A DNA stretch of 64,000 nt from Eledone cirrhosa (lineage: Eukaryota): assembly GCA_964016885.1 (NCBI GenBank), contig OZ024758.1, forward strand, positions 19,716,001 to 19,780,000, written 5' to 3'. A program made the position numbers and the translations under genes. How positions within the stretch are numbered: position 1 is the stretch's first letter; each line of letters opens with the position of its first letter. Positions 50,241 through 64,000 of the stretch are shown piece by piece. The notes under the pieces are model-generated. The model made no database searches. It was given only the letters and a program-made list of their open reading frames with translations, and was not told the origin of the DNA.

Positions 50241-53200
50241 TATATAAAAACCGTAGAGCAAATATTTATTAAAAGAACAGATTAATGTTTAAGCAAATAA
50301 TCGAAATGGCTAAACATCCTTCTAACAATATTATCGTTTAAGATCTTAGAAAATAGTTTCTATTCAAAAGACTTATGCTAGGTATGCTTCTATCCCCACG
50401 AAATATCATTCTAATGTTTTCGTTATATTCTTTACTCATATCTGTGACGAGTCATCTTTTACAAACTATTTTATATAATAGTGTATCTTGTTATCATTAG
50501 TGACTGGCAGTATTTGCTGTACAATTTTGGAAACATTACTCATGTAAATCAGTTTATTTAAGTCTTCATTGATTAAAAAACTTTCGGTCTATGTAAATGC
50601 CCATGAACTGGTAAACATGTACAGTACTTTGTTCAGAAGACTTTGAGATATGAGGGGTCCATTGTTTAGTGAGAATGCTATTAATATATCTTATGTTGTT
50701 TAGGTTCAGTAAAATGAAAATAGTTGTTCTATATACATAGGACATTATAATCTATGTGTAAGTTATTCCATCAATTCTCAAATTAAAAGACCTATTTGAT
50801 AGTTAAAGACCTATTTCACGTTAAAATATACGAACGGTAAAAGTGTGTGGTAACTTTATTCATATAGTAATTTTAACAGTTCCATTAATATTTGAAATAG
50901 AATTAATTCTGTAAAAATAGTATATGAATTAATTTTATGCGTGTTTGTATATATTGTGTGTGCATTGTATATATTGTATATGCACACGTATGGCACCCAT
51001 TATAATAATATTGTGCGATAGCCCATAATGATTCTCACACCACATATTGCGACGGATATTAAATTAATTATGTAGCTTTAAGTCTAGCTAAATAAATGTA
51101 CGAAGATATTAAATCGCTTCGATATTATTATCAATGTTTAGCCACCAAAACCTGCCATATGTAAATACAAATACATTTTAGATATGTATTTATATATAAT
51201 CATGACTTTACTTATTTCAAAAGAACCTCCCGGCTCTAATTTTACCGACCCGAAGTTCCACCAGGACCAGATTCACCAAGTAAACTCTGATTAACCTGAT
51301 AACGACAAATAATATATTTCCTTGCAATACACGATATCATATAATATATATCTAACAGATACATGAGTTCAGCTATTGTTAATTACTCCTCCAACTTTCT
51401 CCTCTACGGCGTGGATATCAACAAATTAAATTCTAGCCAATAGACTTTAATAATGTTGTCTTTAGAATCTAGTTCATCGTAACCAAAATTAGCTAGATGC
51501 TCTTAAATACTTAATTAAACTAAATACTTAATTAAAACCAGCACTGCACTCTGAGAGCAGAATAGATTGTAGACTTAATATACACAGGCCATGATAGTTC
51601 CTGGAGTATAAAGAGAATATCACATTTCCTCACAAAATCGGTATATATATATTACTTCGGATTCTGGGCACTCTTTTGCATACACAGATCTCTGATCAAC
51701 TCATTCATTTTCCATCCTACAGTACTAGGACTTATTAATCCATCATTGCTCAAGACATCACCTGTTGTTCTGATAAAAAATTAATAATGGAAATTCACCT
51801 CGTACTTTAAGCCTGTAAATGTTGTTTATGAATATGGTTGTGGAAGCTGGATCTAAGCGCTTGGAAGCCAAGAAAAATTTCTAGATGTATCTTATGCGAG
51901 CCTGCAATAGTTGATCCGCGTCGTTAATCTATATATATATATATAAACACTCCCTACCCACATATATAAAAGCACTGCCTCGCAACACACACACACACAC
52001 TCAAATATATGTATGTATCAATATATATATATATACTAGTTTACAATATTCTGTTAATGCTGAGTTTCAGAATGATTTCTTCAGTAGAAAACATATAAGA
52101 AATTCATTACTGATATCTGTCCTCTTAATTTCTTGTCGGGAAAATAGAATTTTGTTTGGCTATTAATAGTTAGTCTTACAAAAAATCAGAACCACCCCTA
52201 GATCTTTGTGTGAACACATTATATATTAAGCCTTGACAAAATTTCTTTATCAGAAAACAGTCTGTTCAGACATACTCTCGATAAATCATAGCTAAAGAAT
52301 GTTTTCCACTCCATCATTTGTGAATATTTTATATTCTATAGTCGTCGTTGTCAAATTTGGTTACTGCTGAATTTGACATGGTGCATAATATAATATATTA
52401 TGTATGCAAAGCAGCTTCATTTACTTGTCACAACTGGCACCATTGCATTTACGCCAAAAATGTTTCCATTCTCCTTCCAACAAAAGAGAATTATTTGTTT
52501 GCAATGTGTTTGTATAAGAAAATCATTTCTAGATTTTTGTGATGTGACGTCTATATTAACTGCGAATTTTTCTCCTAAAACATATATACTTGAACGTCCA
52601 TATAATATCCGGGACGCACTCACTGATTGGTATTTTCTGATTATTCTGTGAAATTATTCTCAACATTCTTACATATAGAATACTGATTTATCGCAAACAA
52701 AACATAGGTGTTTATAAGATATGATATTTTGTACTATATTTACCTTTTTGTTAACGTTATTATACGAATAATATAATAAAGTGAACAGGTGTTTGGTCAT
52801 GACTTTTAGGTAGTATCAACTAGACTGAATTGTTTATTGCTGTGGCTCACCAATCAATGCAGTGACTTTGCCTGTACTAGGTTTGGAGATAACACTGTGC
52901 AAGAAATGGAAACATGGACACAGAACTAAAAAGAAAGCGTGAAACAGAAAAATCATTAAAATCCATAAGCAATCATACTCTGGGTATGCTATCAAAACAA
53001 TCGTATTTAAGGATATGCCACTACATAAACAGGGAGATCAAAACCAACGACCAGGTGTTATAGTTAAAGAAAATAAGAAAAAATGTAATGGTTTCTAATA
53101 TATGTGTCAATCATCATATTGCAATTATTTATCTATCAAAGAAAAGGCGACATGTCTGTAAATGTAAATAGCTAGAGATTGAAATAAGTCGAATATTTGG

Positions 53201-55558
53201 GATTAAAAGAGAAACAAAGTTATGGGTATGATTAAAATAAAACACTCACACAGGTACATATATAACCAAAACACCTAGACTCACAAATATGTACACCATA
53301 AAAAATAGCACTACTTCGCACTGCACACATATCTCGCGGACAGGGCAGTGTTACACACGGCTCCTCCGTTAACATTCTATTTATGTATAGTGCCATTCAC
53401 CCTCTCCTTACTTCTCGTTTAACAAACTTCCTATTTCCGCTCTATCTCTTTAACGTGACAGCGAACAAAAGCACTAAGCAGATTTGGATATGTGGACAAT
53501 ATATGCCATACATACTATTTCCGCTAACCACATATTCTAAAGAATATCGATATTTGATGTTTAGCATTTTATAAGATCATTAGTTTATGAATTTCAATAT
53601 ATTCATGATACTACTCGCCTGAGCACAACATCCACATTCATTTCATATCGACACATTCAGGGTGTATTCAATTCCTTTTCATACATGTCACCATTTCTTC
53701 TTCCATAATTTCCTCTCAACATAATCCATTAGCAGAATTTCAAAACCAATATCCTTCAATTATCTATTCTACGTTTTACATATTTGTCTAGAAACAGAAA
53801 TACAACTGAAAAATTATTTACCTACACATATGTAATATGTTTATAATAAACACTTGTTGTTTGTCCGAGTCTTTCTCCAATATTAATATTCTCAGCTAAA
53901 ACATAGTTATTTCTTTATTTAATAATGCTACCTTATAACATATTTCAAAAACATATAGTAAGAATTCATATTTTACAAACATTGTTTTTATTCCTATCTA
54001 AGTAGCATCTACAAGAATGGGAAGTTTGTTATGAATGTTTCAACTACTATCTTTATAATCCGTGCTTATTTCCATCCTTTTTGCATGAAGACTGAGGTGT
54101 ATTCTATGGCGACTTTTCCATTCTAGGTATTAAAACGTATCATATGTTTTGCTATACTATCATATTTGCTTGGGTATTTAGTAAACCGGACCAAAATAAA
54201 AATCATTATATATTAGAACGTTTTTAAATTAAGCAATTTAATTCGATTATGGTTTTACGAAATTTGATATTTTTATTATGTTATATTTTATTTAATTTGC
54301 GTTGGAGCTGAGAGGCTGAGGCAACTGATGCTATACTTTCAATAGCCAAGATTTTATAGTACGATAGAGCATAGTATTGAATATTATTGCACTTATTACT
54401 ACTTCACGTGCTACTCAGTAATGATTCACTTGCATTTACCTTAGATTTCATTGAACATAGATACATTTTTACCTTTTATAATTCGTGTTTGCATGAATGT
54501 CATCAATTCCATAAATAGGTTTGCATCTTCATTGGAACGTACAGCACTTATCTCCTAATATACATTTCCAATCGCGCTCTGTGTGTTGATATCTATATAA
54601 TGAGATATAATCCATGAAGCCTTTCAAATAACCAGTGTCATTAATGCGTGACTTCTTATCTGATATTCCCCTTACGTAACTTTATTCAAAGTATACAATT
54701 TATACATTTGCAATGCAAATAAATAAGCTTTCTTCATATGGGCAAATATTTCTCTTTTATTTGATACCATATTTTTAAAATTACTTTCCTAGATTAAATA
54801 TGATTTTAAAACATATTTAAATCATTTTAGATATTGTAGGTATTAATATGCTTACAATATATTAATTGAAAATGCATAAAAATTAAATGATCAATTTAGT
54901 GTATGAATAAACTCAGATATTGATCGCGAAAATATCGTTTCAGAAACTGTTAATTAAAAATTAATAATCTCTCCAACGTATAAAGGAAGCAGCCATTTGG
55001 AAGGATTTTAATTCATCTTTTTCTTCAGTAATTATTCTCCTTTCAAATGTCTATCATCACATCTAATTAATATTGTATTCCTCGTATAGATTTTCCAAAA
55101 GCATTGGATGATGAATTTAGTTACATTATGCATGTGTATGTGCGTACGTGTGTGTGTGTATTCCTGTGTGTGAGTTAGTTAATTATGCTTAAACTCTGTT
55201 GTCATATGATAATGAAAATGTTGCGATCTAATGAGCTCTACGTTTTATGGTCTGAGACTCAAATCAGGTTCAATTGTTATATAATATAGACTAAGTCCAC
55301 AGTCCACTTTAATGACGATACGAGGTTATATGTTCTGAATATAAAAGACATACTAACAATAGAGTTTTATGATTTATGATATTTAAAAGACTGTTCATCA
55401 ATTTATTTCTTGCAACATTTCTCTTCTTGAATCAACAGTCTGCTAATTCCCAACAATCCTTCCTTTTCTTAGAATTATTTGTCATCTTCTGAGATTATAA
55501 ATTTGGTATACGTAAATAGGTTTTGTAATGTACCCACTAATTATTTATAGATTTCAAT

Positions 55559-55593
<35 letters not shown>

Positions 55594-55595
<2 letters not shown>

Positions 55596-55790
55596 CGAAG
55601 GAAATGTGGTAAGGAACCAGATGGACCATAACGCACCAAAGTACTCAATTATTAGGGTAGTAGAGTGGGTAATAGGAACAATTATGACCCCGACGCCAGA
55701 GCTCAAGCCTTTTCGACGGCTAATTCTGGAGTCCAGAATTAGCCGTCGAAACGGCTTGAGCTCTGCCGTCGGGGTCATACTTGTTCCTAT
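55594..55790 (-). mobile_element. Second foldback copy of the U3-A8 hammerhead family, truncated inside stem II (palindrome 55672-55790, centre 55731)
   Basis: Same sequence as 31608-31738; each arm keeps only the 3' half (tagccgtc-GAAA-cggc..gccg-TC-ggggt); TA-flanked. Confidence 0.82.
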
Positions 55791-55797
55791 ATATATA

Positions 55798-56071
55798 CAG
55801 ACAACAGGAGGAACGTAATAGTACCACTGATGATGTTGCAGATGTGCAACGAAAGAAATTTGTTAGAATATATATGTGTTTATATCTATTTTATATCTGT
55901 ATTTTATATCTGTATTTTTTACCGTTGGTCAGGCAATGATAAACATTGAGGACCAAATGAATTAAATGTGGAGATATGAAAGATATAGAAGCGCAAACCG
56001 ACCAAACAGTGAGCCTGTTCTGTTATTATTTCTGGCAATTGTATTACAACAATATGACCCTCCCTAAGTAT

Positions 56072-56078
<7 letters not shown>
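55798..56078 (+). mobile_element. pLTR related to PLE family A, with a degenerate hammerhead at 55822-55865
   Basis: tacca-CTGATGA(55827-33)-t-gttgca/gatg/tgcaac-GAAA-gaaa-TT-tgtta; ends atgaccctccctaagtataacaatat + (AT)n. Confidence 0.7.
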
Positions 56079-56129
<51 letters not shown>

Positions 56130-56133
<4 letters not shown>

Positions 56134-56209
56134 ATAAATAACAGATTACATTTTAAGCAAAGAATCGATGCTTTCACTCTTAACGAGATCTTCTGAGTTA
56201 CAGAAGATC
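56130..56209 (-). mobile_element. Fragment of the 30845-31050 family with a mutated core (CAGAAGA) and a 9-bp foldback
   Basis: Minus strand: cagaaga-tctcgttaagagt-GAAA-gcatcga-TT; gatcttctg/cagaagatc inverted repeat. Confidence 0.6.
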
Positions 56210-57177
56210 AATATAAGTGTATGTGGGGAAGTGGGGGGAGGGTGTGTGTATATATGATGGCTGCGAAGAGTATTGCAATCACTTGAGAGATTACAGAAAA
56301 TGATGCACAGTTAGGCTACGGCCAGCCACATAAATATTTAACATATCCTGAACAAGCATTGCCTGTGATTTCAAGGATTTTTAAGTGGGGAAAGGCCTAG
56401 CATTTGATCAATCTCACTCCCTGAGCATCAAAAACACTACCCGAAAAGAACTGTTCAACATCAGCGCATGCTTCGGAAGCCGCAGTTTTTTTTTAGGCGT
56501 GGGAATATTATAATACTTTACATGTGTCAGCTCTTCCAAAAATATTTATCTTCAGTAAAATAAGTTAGTACATTTTGATATTTTGTTTTATTTTCATCCT
56601 GTCACCCAGTTCATTCAACATTTGTACGAATACATATCAGCTTTCTCTCTCTCTCTCTCTCCCTCTTTCTCTTTCTTTCTCTCTCTCTTTCTCTTTCTCT
56701 GTTTATCTTTCTCTCTTTTTCGTTCTCTCTCTCTATCTTTCTCTCTCTCTCTTTCTCTCTCTGTCTTTCTCTCTCTCTCTTTCTCTCTCTGTCACACAGA
56801 CGCGCGCACACAGACGCGCCGCACACACATACACACACGTACACACACGTACACACATACGTACACACACACATACACACGCGCACACACATGCACGCAT
56901 GCATGCATACATACATACATATAACTGCACATTTATAAAAAAAGATCGTATACTAACACACAGTAACACATATTTATCTAGTCATAAACATATATATATA
57001 TCATAAAATGTTATCGGATTATGTGACCCTTTTATTAATAACTGAAATGTTTATTAGTGTCAAATTTGCATGGACTCAGCCTTGGATCTAACATTTATTT
57101 ACACGATCTTATAAAACCAGAAAAAAGAAATTACGATTTAATAATGTATAATAACTAACTTCATATATGTCTTCTTG

Positions 57178-57525
57178 TGGATGGCTCTGAACATTAATCA
57201 GTATACATTAAGTATGAAAAACTCAGAGCTGTATGGGAGCCTCCCAAACGTCAGCTTAAAAGTGACACAGAGAAGACTGAGTTTAGAAGGACATGCTCAA
57301 CGACATTGAGAGTTGACACTGCACTCAGTGCTCCTGTGGGAGCCCCTGCATGGACACACTGGAGGAGGAAGACCAAGGTTAACATATGTTGATGCCCTAA
57401 GGACAGACACTGGTCTCTTGGAGGCGCAGGACATGGCTGCGATGATGAGGGACAGAGACCGCTGGAGAGAACTCGTCCATGGATCTCGGGAATCTTAACC
57501 GCCCTAGATAGATAGATAGATAGAT
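57178..57525 (+). mobile_element. 3' end of an RTE-group LINE with a (TAGA)n tail
   Basis: ELYGSLPNVS.KV.QRRL.L.GH..R....LLWEPLHG..GGGRPRLTYVDALRTDTG...MRDRDRW, then stop and tagatagataga. Confidence 0.8.
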
Positions 57526-58515
57526 ATGTCTGTTAATAATTTCCCTTTTACCATCATTTCGTCAGCGTTTTTCACATCGAGTAATGGCTGGTTAGTTTGA
57601 AATCTGCATGAATACAAATATAACCTTCCTTTAGATAAACTAAATCGATATTCGAATCTCAGGTGTTATATAGACATGATCACTAGAACTCGTTGGAAGT
57701 ATAGCCCTTCTTCTAGCTTTCGAAAATTGTTCTCCCCCTTGTATATTCACACTTCTCTAAAATGATCTAACCTCTCAGATGTACATGTATTTTAAGAATG
57801 TAATAAACGTAATAAGTGAGTTATAATGGAGCCATCTTCATAATGATTCTGATAAGAATTGACGAGAATGAAGGTGATGTCTGCAACAACGATTAATATG
57901 AAGATAATGACGATGGTATTGTCGGTTAGGATGATGAAAAAAATGGGAGTTAGTCTTAATACTCTGATAAGAATGATGGTATTGAATGTATTTATGATGA
58001 GCTGGAAAGATATACGAGTAAGGGGAAATGTAGTAAGTAGTTAGTGTAGGCGAATATAGTGTTGATCTTGTCTATGAGGATAATTACGAAAACAAATATA
58101 AGATAAAATCTAATGCTGTGTATACGCAAACGCTACTATTCATATTTAATGATAATTTGACAGTAATATTGTTTTGACAAAATACACCAGGGAAGGCAAT
58201 CATTTACTTTTTATTTTGAAAATTAAATTTAATATAGCATAATTAATTTCATAACCTATAATTCCTTTAATATAGTTTCCAAATACTCTTATGACTAGCA
58301 TGGTTTATTATTACAATGAATGAATGCCATTAGAATTCCTGTTTTTCCATGACGAGGGAAATATAATGTTATATGAATATATACATAATATTTATAATTC
58401 ATTTAAACGATTTGTTATATAACGCCGCAAATGTAGAAACTAGAGAGAGAACGACTGTAAATAATGACGTAAATCAGCGAAATACAGGTAAACAGATCGA
58501 AGTTCTATAATGATT

Positions 58516-58575
<60 letters not shown>

Positions 58576-58831
58576 GATAAATTAACGGAGCCATAGGGGT
58601 TCGCCATTCCCTGTAAATGATGTGCTCAAAGGAGAAGAAATCCTGAGCTCTTTAAAATACAATATGTTGAAAAGGTAATATTACTTAAAAAAGTAAATAT
58701 GATGTTCATACGAAACAAGATCGTAACGGAAGTACAAATAAACAAGAAAAACAAATACTTATAACAAATATAATTATTCAAATCATCATATCGCTGTATA
58801 TATCTATATATATATATATATAATATATATC

Positions 58832-58887
<56 letters not shown>

Positions 58888-58897
58888 ATATATATAT

Positions 58898-58961
<64 letters not shown>

Positions 58962-58994
58962 TATATGAGTGTGTGTAAGGACAGACGAACATAT

Positions 58995-59050
<56 letters not shown>

Positions 59051-59128
59051 CACAGACATATACATGAGTGTAGAGTTGGAGGTGAATGAGCACTGATATG
59101 TGTGTATGTACATTCTATGTTTTCAGGA

Positions 59129-59162
<34 letters not shown>

Positions 59163-59303
59163 AGTTTATGTTGGTTGTATACCAACACCTCAGTATGCAG
59201 GCTGGAGCACTCGACGAAGTGCGCAGGTTGGTTTGGTTACTCCGTAGTAGTGTAAAATGAAGTTAAATAAAAGTCAAATGATTAAAATTTAGCTTCGTTT
59301 ATT

Positions 59304-59358
59304 ACTGCTATATATATTTCAGTGACAGCCATCTTTGGCTGTGACCTCTTCAGGCAGT
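59304..59358 (-). ncRNA. Type I hammerhead ribozyme (mirror copy)
   Basis: Reverse complement of 59728-59782; differs only in loop II. Confidence 0.82.
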
Positions 59359-59727
59359 TTGAATTAGTATGGTACAGACAAGTACATATGTTGTTTAGGT
59401 GTATAATATTGTCAATACTCTGATATTTCCAGTTCCTTGTTGGGTTGTTAATTTTGTTATTTTGTTACTTTAACACCTTGTCCCTTCTACTATTTTATCA
59501 ATTTCTAAGCTAACTCCAACAATAACAACACTTTGAATGAGGAATTTTTAATAACTGACCAATGAGAGGAGAAGGGGACCTTTGACACTGAAATTCGTTT
59601 GTTTGAATTCATATGACTCCAGTTCCTCAGTGAATTAACAACCCAACAAGGAACTGGGCATATCAGAGTATTGACAATATTATACACCTACACAACATAT
59701 GTACTTGTCTATACCATACTAATTCAA

Positions 59728-59782
59728 ACTGCCTGAAGAGGTCACAGCCATAGATGGCTGTCACTGAAATATATATAGCAGT
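59728..59782 (+). ncRNA. Type I hammerhead ribozyme
   Basis: actgc-CTGAAGA(59733-39)-ggtcacagcca/taga/tggctgtcact-GAAA(59766-69)-tatata-TA-gcagt; palindromic stem III; cut after 59777. Confidence 0.82.
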
Positions 59783-59826
59783 ATTAAACGAAGCTAAATT
59801 TTAATCATTTGACTTTTATTTAACTT

Positions 59827-59859
<33 letters not shown>

Positions 59860-60656
59860 GGTCCGCAATGATTTATATATGTCTCCTTATATTAATATAT
59901 ATAAGAATATATGAAAGACGTAAAATAAGAAAATTTTAAAAAATTAAAAATTAACTTACTAAAATTTTCACTCCAACTAATTACTTTCTGTAATGGGATA
60001 AAGATGGTTATGTAATGTAACCATCGAGAATTCATTACGTCATCAGGGAGTCTATTCTCAGCTAAGTCTCCAGGCAATGCGCGGACACTAGGGACTCATA
60101 TAAAAATAATAATTCGGTGGATGGAACAGCTAGCGGGGACTGTATTCCATGCACTGAAAAAGTTCACTGTCTCTGGTCAAATGCCAGATTCTAAAGAATC
60201 AATCACGTGACACTGAGGCTAGTCGGAAGGAGTGGAGTGGTAAGATGACAAAAGCCTACTACCACACCAATGAATTAGTAGTGGATTTGGCAGGTTTGCT
60301 CAACAAATAAATAATTTGGAGATAAATATAGAGAATTAGTATATCTACCAACATATGCGTACATGTGTACACTAATGCTAGCAAATACATAAGTTATGTC
60401 ATAGTACCTAGGTGGTTCAATGCAGGAGGATGCAGAACAATAATATGAAAGACGTAAAATAAGAAAATTTTAAAAAATTAAAAATTAACTTACTTACTAA
60501 AATGTTTACTCCAACTAATTAGTTTCTGTAATGGGATAAAGATGGTTCTGCATCCTCCTGCATTGAACCACCTAGGTACTATGACATAACTTATGTATTT
60601 GCTAGCATTAGTGTACATATGTACGCATATGTTGGTAGATATACTAATTCTCTATA
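59860..60656 (-). mobile_element. PLE-type insertion: pLTR + partial tandem pLTR duplicate (60442-60547 matching 59910-60009) + 112-bp inverted arms (60327-60438 / 60545-60656)
   Basis: Direct and inverted repeats read from the sequence; TA-flanked. Confidence 0.8.
59970..60051 (-). ncRNA. Type I hammerhead ribozyme with a long stem II
   Basis: Minus strand: actcc-CTGATGA-cgtaatg..gatggtta..taaccatc..cattaca-GAAA-gtaattag-TT-ggagt; the duplicate at ~60508-60547 has the perfect palindromic stem III ctaattag. Confidence 0.75.
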
Positions 60657-61045
60657 TATATAAGAATATGCATATATATGTGTGACTATAGGAATCTGCA
60701 TATAGTTTCTACATGTATGTTAGCGTTTGGGTGCAGATATATTTGATAATTTGAAAATAAGTATGAGCACGAATATACAGCTGATAACCCTTTCCTACTC
60801 TAATTACTCGTCACCTCGAAGACGAAACATGTTCGAACTTCTTGAGAAGTTATTTAAGTAAACATGATTGTATATAAATATATAAATATATATATATTTA
60901 TATAATACGTCATTAATGTGGATATAAGTTGTAACGATGAAAGAATGGTATGTAATCAATGTATTGGTACGCGAGGGGGCCCACCCACAGCCCGCGCGGA
61001 CAGAATGGAGGAGGCGTTTCCCCGGGGGACGGCAATAGAGACGCA

Positions 61046-62660
<1,615 letters not shown>

Positions 62661-62822
62661 GTAAATATACACGGGTGTGTATGATTGTGTATAGAAGATT
62701 ATATTAATAAGAGGAATTCCAACTGTGTCTGATTTACTCGTTTTATTTGCAATCCTTTAAACTATATATAATGGTATTATAATGAAATAGTATGATAGAA
62801 TATTAAATTCTAAGTGTTAATT

Positions 62823-62859
62823 GAACAAGTACTTTCATGCTTTCGCAATCTTCAGGTTC
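62823..62859 (-). ncRNA. Minimal type I hammerhead ribozyme (mirror copy)
   Basis: Exact reverse complement of 62935-62971. Confidence 0.8.
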
Positions 62860-62934
62860 ATGATATGTGGTGACAGTCGAGTTTGCAATTTTCAACTGTT
62901 GAAAATTGCAAACTCGACTGTCACCACATATCAC

Positions 62935-62971
62935 GAACCTGAAGATTGCGAAAGCATGAAAGTACTTGTTC
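62935..62971 (+). ncRNA. Minimal 37-nt type I hammerhead ribozyme
   Basis: gaac-CTGAAGA(62939-45)-ttgc/gaaa/gcat-GAAA(62958-61)-gtac-TT-gttc; GNRA-capped stem II; palindromic AGUACU stem III; cut after 62967. Confidence 0.8.
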
Positions 62972-63086
62972 AATAAACACTTAGAATTTAATATTCTATC
63001 ATACTATTTCATTATAATACCATTATATATATTTTAAAGGATTGTAAATAAAACGTGTAAATCAGACAAAGTTAGAACTCCTCTTA

Positions 63087-64000
<914 letters not shown>

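Larger units (their letters stand above)
59160..59833. mobile_element. PLE-type insertion with 201-bp inverted arms (59253-59453 / 59633-59833), TA-flanked
   Basis: Reverse-complement arms with few mismatches, each holding a hammerhead; the left arm extends to 59160. Confidence 0.83.

Noticed and set aside
57826-58044. Acidic or Met-rich coding exon
   Set aside because: Degenerate GAT-type low-complexity sequence with stops in the acidic frame and no splice support.
60781-60840. Hammerhead-like ctgataa...gacGAAAcatgTT
   Set aside because: C3-A8 mismatch and no stem I complementarity.

Overview
AT-rich, repeat-dominated eukaryotic DNA. It is most likely an octopod cephalopod, inferred from about 18 copies of a tRNA-derived SINE that resembles the abundant Octopus SINE. 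I found no supportable host protein-coding gene; almost all long ORFs in the track are (TA)n/(TATG)n microsatellite artefacts. The real content is: (i) kilobase-scale TA-based microsatellites; (ii) decayed Penelope-like elements (PLEs) with RT (YVDD) and GIY-YIG remnants; (iii) RTE-type LINE remnants; (iv) the SINEs. The main hidden signal is a set of short (TA)n-flanked insertions from about eight unrelated sequence families. Each family carries a hand-foldable type I hammerhead ribozyme (stem I-CUGANGA-stem II-GAAA-stem III-UH-stem I). Most are arranged as foldback inverted duplications, so a ribozyme copy lies on each strand. One family has a compensatory U3-A8 core (UUGAUAA) that standard CUGANGA searches would miss. 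All folds and coordinates were derived by eye; none has been tested computationally or experimentally.
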